Positions 8,994-18,055 of a stretch of 32,000 bases of DNA are shown in pieces (the first letter of the stretch is position 1; every line of letters begins with the position of its first letter). Under the pieces are notes generated by a model. The model ran no database searches. It was not told the DNA's origin and saw only the letters and a list, made by a program, of their open reading frames with translations. The position numbers and the translations under genes are program-made. The stretch comes from Thermosulfurimonas dismutans (lineage in GTDB: Bacteria; Desulfobacterota; Thermodesulfobacteria; Thermodesulfobacteriales; Thermodesulfobacteriaceae): positions 30,001 to 62,000 of the forward strand of contig NZ_LWLG01000002.1 of assembly GCF_001652585.1 (NCBI RefSeq), in the 5' to 3' direction.

Positions 8994-9345
8994 GAACAGG
9001 AAAAACCTCTCTCCATCGCTTCCTCCCTCGCCCGCCTGATGGTCGTCCTCCTATCCCAGAACGGAAAACTTATCATCACCCTCGTAAGCGTCACAAATAT
9101 TCCAGTAATGATCCAGAAAAAGGAGCTTCCGGTAAATCATCTCGTTGGTCACTTCGGCCCGGAGAGTCCCGACGAAGATCGTCATCAGTCAAACCGCCGC
9201 CAACGAGATCTTTTTCATGTTTACTTCCGGACCCTGACCTTTTCCGCTGTGGCAGCCTTTCGGCCCTCCGCCCACTCCGAAAAATTCACCAGCCTCATCA
9301 CCTTCTCACGCCCTAAATCCGGAAAAGCCCTGCAAAACTTTAATT

Positions 9346-9367
9346 CTTTCTAAAAGATTTTAGAAAG
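9346..9367. promoter_or_regulatory. 22-bp palindrome (candidate operator) in the hemB promoter region
   Basis: CTTTCTAAAA-GA-TTTTAGAAAG has perfect 10-bp arms. It lies immediately upstream of a TATAGT -10-like hexamer (9370-9375) and about 48 nt before the hemB ATG. Confidence 0.35.
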
Positions 9368-9401
9368 GGTATAGTAAATTGTCAAACATTGCAGGAGGTG
9401 A

Positions 9402-10382
<981 letters not shown>

Positions 10383-10412
10383 TTCATGGCTTTTGTAATA
10401 TGGGCTATATAT

Positions 10413-10462
10413 GAGGCCAGAAAGAGGAACCAAGGCCCGAAGCTAGCTCCTCTTCTGGCCTC
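10413..10462. terminator. long imperfect hairpin at the hemB/lon convergent junction
   Basis: GAGGCCAGAAAGAGGA (10413-10428) pairs with TCCTCTTCTGGCCTC (10448-10462), giving 15 bp with one bulged A and a 19-nt loop. The right arm lies in the last codons of lon. There is no clear U-tract on either strand. Confidence 0.3.
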
Positions 10463-12833
10463 TCCGCTTCTTGACCAGAGCTATCTCCAGGACTTCGTCC
10501 AAGTGTTTGACCGGCACGAATTCCAGTTTCCGGCGAAGCTCTGCCGGTATGTCCTCGAGGTCCTTTAGGTTCTTTTCCGGAAGGAGGACCTTTTTTATCC
10601 CTTTACGTAAGGCCGCAAGGGCCTTTTCTTTGATACCGCCCACCGGGAGAATCTTTCCCCTGAGGGTGATCTCTCCGGTCATGGCCACTTCCTTGGAGAC
10701 CGGACGTTTGGCCAAGGCCGAAATCATGGCCACCGCCATAGTTACCCCGGCACTCGGCCCGTCCTTGGGAATGGCCCCGGAAGGAATGTGGATATGAAGA
10801 TCGTACTTTTCATAAAATCTTACTGGAATTTTTAGTTCCCTAGCTTTGGTTCGGATATAGGATAGAGCCGCCTGGGCGCTTTCCTTCATGATATCACCGA
10901 GCTGGCCGGTTAGGATCAAGTTGCCCTTCCCCTCCATCACGGTGACCTCGATGTAGAGGACCTCACCGCCGTAAGGGGTCCAGGCCAGGCCAGTAGCCAC
11001 CCCGATCTCGTCCTCTTCTTGCGAAAGCTCCTCCACGTATTCCGGAGGGCCGAGATACTTGTGGAGATTACCCGCGGTTATGCGGAAAGGTCCCTTTTCC
11101 CCCTCGGCAAGCTTGCGGGCTACCTTGCGACAGAGGGCCGCGAGCTTCCTATCGAGCTCCCGCACCCCAGCCTCGGCCGTGTACTCTGCAATGACTTTAA
11201 AAATCACCTGATCGGAAAGATGCAGATCCTTCTCGGAAAGACCATGCTCCTTAAGCTGGCGCGGGAGGAGATACCTACGGGCGATCATCAGTTTGTCTTC
11301 CGGGGTGTAACCTGAAAGATAGATCACTTCCATACGATCCAGAAGGGCCGGAGGAAGGGGATCGGTCATGTTAGCGGTGGCAATAAACATGACCTTGGAA
11401 AGATCAAAGGGGACTCCCAAGTAGTGATCCACAAATTCCCGGTTCTGTTCCGGATCGAGAACTTCAAGGAGGGCCGCGGCCGGGTCCCCCTGAAAGTCCG
11501 AGCAGAGCTTGTCCACCTCGTCTATCATGAAGACCGGATTATTGACCCCGGCCTGCTTCAGTCCTTGGATGATCCGGCCCGGGAGGGCTCCCACATAAGT
11601 CCGCCTATGCCCCCGGATCTCGGCCTCGTCCCGGACGCCACCTAGGGAGACCCGCACAAATTTGCGCCCCAGGGCCCGGGCGATGGAGCGCCCAAGACTT
11701 GTCTTTCCTACTCCCGGAGGACCTACAAAACAAAGGATAGGGCCCTTGGCCTTGGGATTGAGTTTCTTGACCGCAAGATATTCAAGCAGCCTCTCCTTAA
11801 CCTTATCGAGATCATAATGATCTTCGTCTAGAATCTCTTTGGCCCTTTTGAGGTCAAGCTTATCCTTGGTACTCTTGCGCCAGGGGAGTTCGATGAGCCA
11901 GTCAAGATAGTTCCGGATAACCGTGGCCTCCGCCGTATCCGGATGCATCATTTCAAGGCGGGAAAGTTGCTTTAGGGCCTCCTTCTCCACCTCCTTGGGC
12001 ATTCGGGCCTTCTGGATCTTTTCTCGCAACTCCTCGATCTCGGCCTCGAGCTCGTCGGTCTCCCCAAGCTCCCGTTTGATGGCCCGCAGTTGTTCCCGAA
12101 GGAAATACTCCCGCTGAGAACGAGCCATTTCTTCCTGGGCTTCGCTCTGGATCTTGGCCTGTAGGGTAGCTACTTCAAGTTCGCGATGAAGATAACGGGC
12201 TATCTTCTGTAGTCGTTCGAGGCCGTCGTAAGTTTCAAGAAGTTCCTGAGCCTCCGAGACCTTAAAGCGTACGTGCGCAGCTACCAGATCCGCTAGTCTT
12301 CCGGGTTCATCTACGGAACTGAACATGGCCGAAAGATCCGGATTAAGCAACCCCCTCAGGGCCAGGACTTTTTCCGCAGTCTCTCGCACGTTTCTAAGAA
12401 GGGCCTCGGCCTCCACGGAGAGATGTTCGGGCTCCTTCTCCTTTACCGGAAGAACTCGGGCCTTGAAGAAAGGTTGGAGTTGCAGGAACTCCTTGACCTC
12501 CACCCGAGCCAAAACCTGAACCAAGACCTTGAGACGATCTTCCGGGAGCTTGAAGGTCCGGATAATCAGCCCTACGACCCCCACTTTAAAAAGGGCTTCC
12601 GGTGCGGGGTCTTCCTCGGCAGGGTCTTTCTGGGTAACAAGAGTTAGGAGTTTTTCCCCAGCCAGGGCCTCGGAAACGGCCTCAAGACTCTTCTCTCGCC
12701 CCACGAAAAGGGGGATGACCATCCCAGGAAAAAGTACGATGTCCCTTATGGCCATGAGAGGAAGAATTTCGGGGACCTCGATGCTTTCTCCTTCCATCAG
12801 TTCGGAAGTGGAAAAGGAAACTTCTTCGATCAT
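10443..12833 (-). CDS. lon: ATP-dependent Lon protease (LonA type)
   Basis: 796 aa with an N-terminal LON substrate domain, an AAA+ Walker A (GPPGVGKTS), the protease Ser motif PKDGPSAGV and a downstream catalytic Lys region. The ATG overlaps the stop of the upstream wHTH gene (ATGA) and is preceded by GGAGGG. Confidence 0.95.
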   Translation of the reverse strand: MIEEVSFSTSELMEGESIEVPEILPLMAIRDIVLFPGMVIPLFVGREKSLEAVSEALAGEKLLTLVTQKDPAEEDPAPEALFKVGVVGLIIRTFKLPEDRLKVLVQVLARVEVKEFLQLQPFFKARVLPVKEKEPEHLSVEAEALLRNVRETAEKVLALRGLLNPDLSAMFSSVDEPGRLADLVAAHVRFKVSEAQELLETYDGLERLQKIARYLHRELEVATLQAKIQSEAQEEMARSQREYFLREQLRAIKRELGETDELEAEIEELREKIQKARMPKEVEKEALKQLSRLEMMHPDTAEATVIRNYLDWLIELPWRKSTKDKLDLKRAKEILDEDHYDLDKVKERLLEYLAVKKLNPKAKGPILCFVGPPGVGKTSLGRSIARALGRKFVRVSLGGVRDEAEIRGHRRTYVGALPGRIIQGLKQAGVNNPVFMIDEVDKLCSDFQGDPAAALLEVLDPEQNREFVDHYLGVPFDLSKVMFIATANMTDPLPPALLDRMEVIYLSGYTPEDKLMIARRYLLPRQLKEHGLSEKDLHLSDQVIFKVIAEYTAEAGVRELDRKLAALCRKVARKLAEGEKGPFRITAGNLHKYLGPPEYVEELSQEEDEIGVATGLAWTPYGGEVLYIEVTVMEGKGNLILTGQLGDIMKESAQAALSYIRTKARELKIPVRFYEKYDLHIHIPSGAIPKDGPSAGVTMAVAMISALAKRPVSKEVAMTGEITLRGKILPVGGIKEKALAALRKGIKKVLLPEKNLKDLEDIPAELRRKLEFVPVKHLDEVLEIALVKKRRGQKRS

Positions 12834-13132
12834 GAATGCCCTCCGCGGTCTTCGAAAAGGGTTTGCCTTAGGTAAAGCCTAGCCTCTCGGGTAAGTTCGT
12901 AATAAGTATGGTTCATGTGTTTAGGACGTCTAAGCCCTTTCTTTTTCAGGAATCTCCCCTTGACCCGTTCGAGGAAACCCAGATTTTCCAATCTTCTTAA
13001 TCTTTGCATGGTCTCTTCCAAATCAAGGCGCAAACGCCGGGAAAGAAACTTAGCACAATCAGGGGCCAGGGCATAGAGATCCCGCAAGATTAACCAGTCC
13101 TTCTCTTCAAGAATGCCCCAAGGAAGCGCCAT
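12830..13132 (-). CDS. small winged-helix DNA-binding protein (MarR/ArsR-like fold), cotranscribed with lon
   Basis: 100 aa. The wHTH-like segment FLSRRLRLDLEETMQRLRRLENLGFLERVKG is followed by a basic wing. It overlaps lon by 4 nt. No SD is present, and a TAAAAT hexamer lies 7 nt upstream of the ATG. Confidence 0.55.
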   Translation of the reverse strand: MALPWGILEEKDWLILRDLYALAPDCAKFLSRRLRLDLEETMQRLRRLENLGFLERVKGRFLKKKGLRRPKHMNHTYYELTREARLYLRQTLFEDRGGHS

Positions 13133-13213
13133 TTTTAGAATTTTATCCGGGTTTTGGCTCTTGAAGAAGACCTAAAAACCGTTTATGTTTTCCAAAAAAT
13201 TTTCGGGAGGGGA

Positions 13214-13606
13214 ATGATGGCCGAAGAGGTAAAGGAGGAGGTCCAGGAAGAGACGCAGGCTCAGGCCGAAGCTGGTGATGGAGGACTTCCACCGCTTCCC
13301 AAAAAGCTGGAAAAGATGACCATTAAGGAGTTACGGGAGATTGCCCTTCAGATCCCGGAAATTTCCGGGGTCCACGGCATGAACAAAGAGGAATTGATTT
13401 CGGCCTTAAAGAAGGTCTATGGCATTGAAGAGGCCCCGCGAAAGGTTGGCGGCTCCATGCGGGAACTCAAGGCCAAGATCAAAAAGTTTAAGGAGCTTGC
13501 GGAAAAGGCCAAGGCCGAAGGGGACCAGGAGCGTTACGAACGCTATCGGAAGCTAGCTTCTCGTTTCAAAAAGCGCACTCGGAAACTGGCCAGAGCGAGG
13601 GCTTAG
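13214..13606 (+). CDS. Rho_N/SAP-like domain protein with acidic N-terminus and Lys/Arg-rich C-terminus
   Basis: The start is moved from TTG 13154 to ATGATG at 13214, which is preceded by GGGAGGGG. The segment [33 protein letters not shown] resembles the Rho N-terminal helix-extended-helix domain. The C-terminal part is a charged coiled-coil-like tail. Confidence 0.55.
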   Translation: MMAEEVKEEVQEETQAQAEAGDGGLPPLPKKLEKMTIKELREIALQIPEISGVHGMNKEELISALKKVYGIEEAPRKVGGSMRELKAKIKKFKELAEKAKAEGDQERYERYRKLASRFKKRTRKLARARA

Positions 13607-13610
13607 AACC

Positions 13611-14504
13611 ATGAGTACTGCACTCTTCAAAACCGACTTTGAGAACTTAAAGCTCCTTTCTCGGGGGAAGGTTCGGGACATTTACGACCTTGGAGACAAA
13701 CTCCTCATTGTAGCCACGGACCGGATCTCGGCCTTTGATGTGGTTCTGCCCACGCCCATTCCGGACAAAGGCCGTATCCTCACCCAGATGTCCCTTTTCT
13801 GGTTCGACTTCCTGAAAGAGGTCGTCCCCCATCACTTGATTTCCGCCGAGCCTTCGGAATATCCCGAAGAAACCCAACCTTACCGAGACATCCTTTCCGG
13901 AAGGAGCATGCTGGTCAAAAAGGCCCGGGTCCTTCCGGTGGAATGTATCGTACGGGGTTACATAACGGGCTCGGCCATGAAGGAGTATCGGGAAAAGGGA
14001 ACTGTGTGTGGAATAAAACTCCCTTCCGGGCTCAGGGAAGCGGATCGTCTTCCGGAACCTATTTTCACTCCTTCCACCAAGGCCGAACAGGGGGAACACG
14101 ACGTAAACATCACCTTTGAAGAATGCGTGCGCCTTATCGGGGAAGAGACCGCAGAAAAGGTGAAAGAGATCTCGCTTGCCCTCTACCGTAAAGCCGCAGA
14201 ATACGCTGAAAGCCGGGGAATCATCATTGCGGACACCAAATTCGAGTTCGGTTTGATAGACGGTGAGCTCATCCTGGTGGATGAAGTGCTCACCCCGGAC
14301 TCCTCCCGTTTCTGGCCCAAGGAGGAGTATGAACCCGGACGCCCGCAAAAGAGTTTCGACAAGCAGTTCATAAGGGACTGGCTCAAAGAAATCGGCTGGG
14401 ACAAGAGACCTCCTGCCCCTCAAATTCCTCCCGAAATCGTAGAAAAGACTAGAGAGAGATATCTTGAGGCCTTGAAAAGGCTTACTGGAAAGAGCCTTTT
14501 CTGA
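13611..14504 (+). CDS. purC: phosphoribosylaminoimidazole-succinocarboxamide (SAICAR) synthase
   Basis: Motifs [38 protein letters not shown] and [12 protein letters not shown], with full-length colinearity to PurC. Confidence 0.95.
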   Translation: MSTALFKTDFENLKLLSRGKVRDIYDLGDKLLIVATDRISAFDVVLPTPIPDKGRILTQMSLFWFDFLKEVVPHHLISAEPSEYPEETQPYRDILSGRSMLVKKARVLPVECIVRGYITGSAMKEYREKGTVCGIKLPSGLREADRLPEPIFTPSTKAEQGEHDVNITFEECVRLIGEETAEKVKEISLALYRKAAEYAESRGIIIADTKFEFGLIDGELILVDEVLTPDSSRFWPKEEYEPGRPQKSFDKQFIRDWLKEIGWDKRPPAPQIPPEIVEKTRERYLEALKRLTGKSLF

Positions 14505-15418
14505 TGTCCCTCTCCCGGATCAAGCTCGATGAGATCGAGTTCTCCGAAAGACCCTTCGTCTTTTCCCTCCCCAAAAGAGATAACCTACTTCTTGAAAGCA
14601 TAAGAAGATACGGCATCATCGAGCCTCCGGTGGTACTGGAGAACCGGGAGGGCCTGCTTCCGATATGTGGCGAAGGTCGCCTGCTCTCCGCGAAAACCTT
14701 GGGAATGACTACCATAGAGGTTCTCATACTCCGTGAACTAGCCCCCCTTGAAGCCCTCCATCTTTCGCTGGAGAGCAACCTTTTCCGGGGACTCAATCTG
14801 GCCGAGAAGGCCGAGGTCGTATCTCGCTTTGAACGTTACCTACCTCCGGAAGAGGTAAGTCGGAAGATATTTCCCCGTCTGGGTATTCCGGAGAATCCAC
14901 GCTGGTATTTTTTTCTAAAGCGGCTCTCCGAGAGTCCAGAGGAAATCAAGTTGGCGGTGGCAAAAGAAACCTTGAACCCCAAAGTAGCCGAAACCCTGAC
15001 CAAGTTCCCTTCGGAAAGACAACTCTTTTTCCTGGCGCTCTTTCAGCGTTTCCGTTTCACTTTTTCGGAACAGAGGGAAGTCCTTATCGGTCTCCTTGAT
15101 CTCTCCAAAAGGTATGACCTTGAAATAGAGGAAGTAGTGGCCCGGGAATTTTCGGAAATGGCAGATCGAAAAGGATTCCTCAAAAAGTTGAGAAGACTTC
15201 TCAAACCTCAAGTCCATCGTTTCGAAGAAGATCTTTTAAGAACCCAAAAAGTCCTTTTAAAGAAAGGCATCCACTTTGAAGCTACCCAAGCTTATGAAAA
15301 AGACCGCTTTAAGATAAGCTTCGATTTCAAGACTCGTGAAGAACTTATCCAAAAGATTCGAGCACTTGAGGACTTTTCTGAAACATACCCCTCCTTTGAA
15401 GCTCAAAGACCCGAATAA
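14504..15418 (+). CDS. ParB/Srx-fold N-terminal domain protein (divergent ParB-like)
   Basis: The ATG overlaps the purC TGA (TGATG). The ParB box pattern is present: LLESIRRYGIIEPPVVL, then ICGEGRLLSAKTLG (the GERRxRA box degenerated to GEGR), then LESNLFRGLNLAEKAE (ENxxRxxLnxxE-like). The C-terminal ~150 aa are unrecognised. Confidence 0.65.
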   Translation: MSLSRIKLDEIEFSERPFVFSLPKRDNLLLESIRRYGIIEPPVVLENREGLLPICGEGRLLSAKTLGMTTIEVLILRELAPLEALHLSLESNLFRGLNLAEKAEVVSRFERYLPPEEVSRKIFPRLGIPENPRWYFFLKRLSESPEEIKLAVAKETLNPKVAETLTKFPSERQLFFLALFQRFRFTFSEQREVLIGLLDLSKRYDLEIEEVVAREFSEMADRKGFLKKLRRLLKPQVHRFEEDLLRTQKVLLKKGIHFEATQAYEKDRFKISFDFKTREELIQKIRALEDFSETYPSFEAQRPE

Positions 15419-16484
15419 AGAACTCATAGAAGGCCCGATACGGATCGCGAAAGTCCTTCTTAAGTGCCAAATCAAGTTCCCAGAGATAATAAAATAGTTT
15501 TGGAAAGGTCTCGGACGAAAACTTCCGAAGGTGTCTTTTTAATCGGAAAACGGCATAAGGATGGAGTTTGGTCAGTACTGCGGGCGGCCTTTCCGGCCAA
15601 ACCTCTTTAAGCAAATTCTCATAGGCAGACTTAAAAGCATCGAAACGATTGATCCTCAAAAGTTCCGGTTTGGAACTCAAGAGGTAGTGAAGGAGCCAGA
15701 GACGCTTGAAAAAGGTGGTTAAGGCCTTAAGCACCCTTGCCGGGACCTCTCCGCCTTCAAGGAGTCTCCGAAGTATTCCCCAGGCAACCTCAGGCCCCTT
15801 CTCCATAAGAACATCTCCGAGAAGAAAGAGAGCAGCCTCTTCATCCGGAGAGACCACGGCTTCCACGTCATCCCGGGTGATGATCTCCCGATCTCCAGTG
15901 TAAAGGATAAGCTTTTCCAATTCGTTCCGGAAACGGGCATAATCTTCGCCTAGAAGAGAAAGGAAGTATTCCGCCACCTCTCTATCCATCTTTTTGCCGG
16001 CTTCGGAAAGAAGATGGGGCAAGTCTGAGAGAAACCGGGCCTGGCCTTTTTGAAGGTTGAGGGGCACTACTACGCCCTTTTCAAGGGCGTAGCGATAAAG
16101 TTCGTCCTCCTCGGGATAGGTTTCGGCCAGCAGGCAAAGGGACCGCGATCCCGGAGCCAGGCTTTTGAGTATGCGAGAAACGATATCCTTCTTTCCGGCC
16201 AGCCGTTCTCCATGTTTCACCAAGACCACCTTTAGAGGTCCAAAGAGAGCGGCCTCCGAAAGAAGAGCCATGAGGTCCTCGAAAGAGGCTTCCTGGAGGT
16301 CGAAACTCTCATAGAGGGCCCCCTTTTCTACCAGTACCGAGACAATCTTGCTAGCCTTAGCATAGGCCTCTTCCGGATCTCCTACGAAGAGGTAGAGCGG
16401 AGCCACGCGTCCCTTGCGAGCAAGATCTACCAGACGTTTGAGATGTTGAGAGGGAAAAACCGGCATGCTGGATAATTCTAACAT
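15345..16484 (-). CDS. holA: DNA polymerase III delta subunit
   Basis: Colinear with HolA: PLYLFVGDPEE..., LFGPLKVVLVKHGERL, LEKLILYTG, FLLGDVLMEKGPEVAWGILRRLLEGGEVPARVLKAL and LDLALKKD. An alternative start is ATG 16466 (MPVFPSQ). The 3' end overlaps the convergent ParB-like gene by 74 nt. Confidence 0.7.
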   Translation of the reverse strand: MLELSSMPVFPSQHLKRLVDLARKGRVAPLYLFVGDPEEAYAKASKIVSVLVEKGALYESFDLQEASFEDLMALLSEAALFGPLKVVLVKHGERLAGKKDIVSRILKSLAPGSRSLCLLAETYPEEDELYRYALEKGVVVPLNLQKGQARFLSDLPHLLSEAGKKMDREVAEYFLSLLGEDYARFRNELEKLILYTGDREIITRDDVEAVVSPDEEAALFLLGDVLMEKGPEVAWGILRRLLEGGEVPARVLKALTTFFKRLWLLHYLLSSKPELLRINRFDAFKSAYENLLKEVWPERPPAVLTKLHPYAVFRLKRHLRKFSSETFPKLFYYLWELDLALKKDFRDPYRAFYEFFIRVFELQRRGMFQKSPQVLESFG

Positions 16485-16531
16485 CTGTGGTAAACTTTCG
16501 GAACTAGAAAAGGGCCTAAAGGAGGTGCAAT

Positions 16532-16873
16532 ATGGCGGACTGGAAACTGGTTTTACACGTTCCGGAGTCAGGGAGATTCGAGGTGGCCTTAAAAGTAGCT
16601 CGCAACTTTATCAAGGCCATGAGCGGAGAGAATTTCTCAGTACGTATTCTGGTAAACGCCGAGGGAATAACCATCCTCAAACGTTTTAGTGAGGTAGAAG
16701 ACCTCTATCGTGAAGCCGTAAAGGACGGCGTGACGGTTTATTTCTGTGAAAACGCCATGCGAGCTTTTGACGTGGACCCGGCGCTGGTTCCCGAAAACGG
16801 AAAGACCGTTCCCGCGGGCATCAGGGTCCTGGTAGAGTGGCAGAATGAAGGCTATCGGTACGTGCGAGCTTAA
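16532..16873 (+). CDS. DsrE/DsrF-like small protein (COG1416-type)
   Basis: 113 aa. It shows a Rossmann-like alternation (KLVLHVPE..., VRILVNAEGI..., VTVYFCENAMRAF) that I recall for DsrE-like proteins, with a conserved Cys in FCEN. AAGGAGGTG SD. Confidence 0.5.
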   Translation: MADWKLVLHVPESGRFEVALKVARNFIKAMSGENFSVRILVNAEGITILKRFSEVEDLYREAVKDGVTVYFCENAMRAFDVDPALVPENGKTVPAGIRVLVEWQNEGYRYVRA

Positions 16874-16890
16874 AACTCGGGGAGGGAAAT

Positions 16891-18054
16891 ATGGCCATTG
16901 GACAGGAAAAGAACATTCTTCTCGACCAGCAGGAAAAGAAGGTCCGGGAGCAACTTTCTCGCATCCAGCACAAGATCATCGTGATGTCCGGCAAAGGCGG
17001 AGTGGGCAAGAGCACGGTCTCGGTGAACTTGGCCGTAGGACTCTCCCTTCAGGACTTCATGGTAGGTCTTCTAGACGTAGATCTACACGGTCCAAACATT
17101 CCCAAAATGCTGGGAGTAAGACGGGAACGTTTGCCCCGGAGGCCGGACGGCCGTCTGGGGGCCATAAGTTACTCCCCTAACCTCAAGTTCCTTTCCATTG
17201 AACCTTTGCTTCCCAAAGAAGATGCGGCCGTCATCTGGCGAGGGCCACTCAAGATATCGGCCATCAAACAGTTCATCGGCGATATTGACTGGGGCAAATT
17301 GGATTACCTTATAATAGACGCCCCTCCGGGAACCGGAGACGAGCCCCTTACGGTAGCCAAGACCATTCCCGACGCTTATGCTATAGTGGTAACCACCCCT
17401 CAGGAAGTATCTCTCATCGACGTCCAGAAGTCCATCAACTTCTGTCGCAAGGTCAAGATGCGTATACTGGGTCTGGTAGAAAATATGAGCGGTTTCATCT
17501 GCCCGCACTGCGGGAAAGAACTGGACATCTTCAAGCGGGGCGGAGGCGAAAGATTGGCCGAGGAGATGGGCATTCGCTTCCTGGGACGAATTCCGGTCGA
17601 TCCCCGAGTGGTGGCAGCCGGAGACGCTGGAAAACCTGCGATTGCGGCCTATCCCGAATCCATCACAGCCCAGGCCTTCGAAGAACTGGTGCGCAATGTG
17701 GTGGCCGCCACGGAGGAAATGTGGCGCGAAGTCGAAGAAGGTCGCTACATGCGGGTAGCGGTTCCGGTATCAGGAACGAACCTGGCCAAGGATCCGCTCG
17801 CAACCGATCTCTTTGCCGTTTACGACATCGAAGCTGGCAAGGTCCGGGTAAAGGACGTGGTAAGGCGTCCGGAAGATCAAGATCTTGAGGCCTTCCTCAA
17901 GGAGCAGGTGGCCACCCATCTTTTGGCCTTAGATCTATCACCGGAATGGAAAGAAAGGCTTGAGACCGCCCGCATACGCGTGGTTCTAGGAGGCGCCCCG
18001 GATATGGGACCGGACACTTTGGTGCAAGACTTCCTTTCCGGCATTCTAAAATAG
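16891..18054 (+). CDS. Mrp/NBP35/ApbC-family Fe-S cluster carrier ATPase with ~110-aa C-terminal extension
   Basis: Deviant Walker A (SGKGGVGKST), switch DYLIIDAPPGTGDE and the cluster-bridging CPHCG motif. The C-terminal RYMRVAVPVSG...VYDIEAGKV... segment loosely resembles a NifX/NifB-type (Nitro_FeMo-Co) fold. GGGGAGGG SD. Confidence 0.85.
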   Translation: MAIGQEKNILLDQQEKKVREQLSRIQHKIIVMSGKGGVGKSTVSVNLAVGLSLQDFMVGLLDVDLHGPNIPKMLGVRRERLPRRPDGRLGAISYSPNLKFLSIEPLLPKEDAAVIWRGPLKISAIKQFIGDIDWGKLDYLIIDAPPGTGDEPLTVAKTIPDAYAIVVTTPQEVSLIDVQKSINFCRKVKMRILGLVENMSGFICPHCGKELDIFKRGGGERLAEEMGIRFLGRIPVDPRVVAAGDAGKPAIAAYPESITAQAFEELVRNVVAATEEMWREVEEGRYMRVAVPVSGTNLAKDPLATDLFAVYDIEAGKVRVKDVVRRPEDQDLEAFLKEQVATHLLALDLSPEWKERLETARIRVVLGGAPDMGPDTLVQDFLSGILK

Positions 18055-18055
18055 A

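Noticed and set aside
9189-9191. In-frame TGA in the minus-strand remnant read as selenocysteine (a small hairpin lies 7 nt downstream)
   Set aside because: The hairpin has only 5 bp and is not SECIS-like in size or position. Two further stops (TGA and TAG) break the same frame. There is no redox-type CxxU/UxxC context and no convincing start.
8973-9353. 126-aa + strand ORF in the pilin-hemB gap
   Set aside because: Its TTG start lies inside the predicted pilin promoter, it has no SD, and the protein text is poor (few charged residues). Its openness is explained by being codon-aligned antisense to a more gene-like but decayed minus frame. The region is kept as a finding, not a feature.
10386-10568. 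60-aa + strand ORF after hemB
   Set aside because: It would overlap the lon 3' end by more than 120 nt antisense. The region is better explained by the 15-bp hairpin at the convergent junction.
13154-13213. TTG-initiated 20-codon extension of the Rho_N-like ORF
   Set aside because: There is no SD before the TTG, whereas ATGATG at 13214 follows GGGAGGGG. The extension would also cover the predicted promoter.
13647-14423. 258-aa minus-strand ORF
   Set aside because: It is antisense to purC, which has unmistakable SAICAR synthase motifs, so this is a shadow frame.
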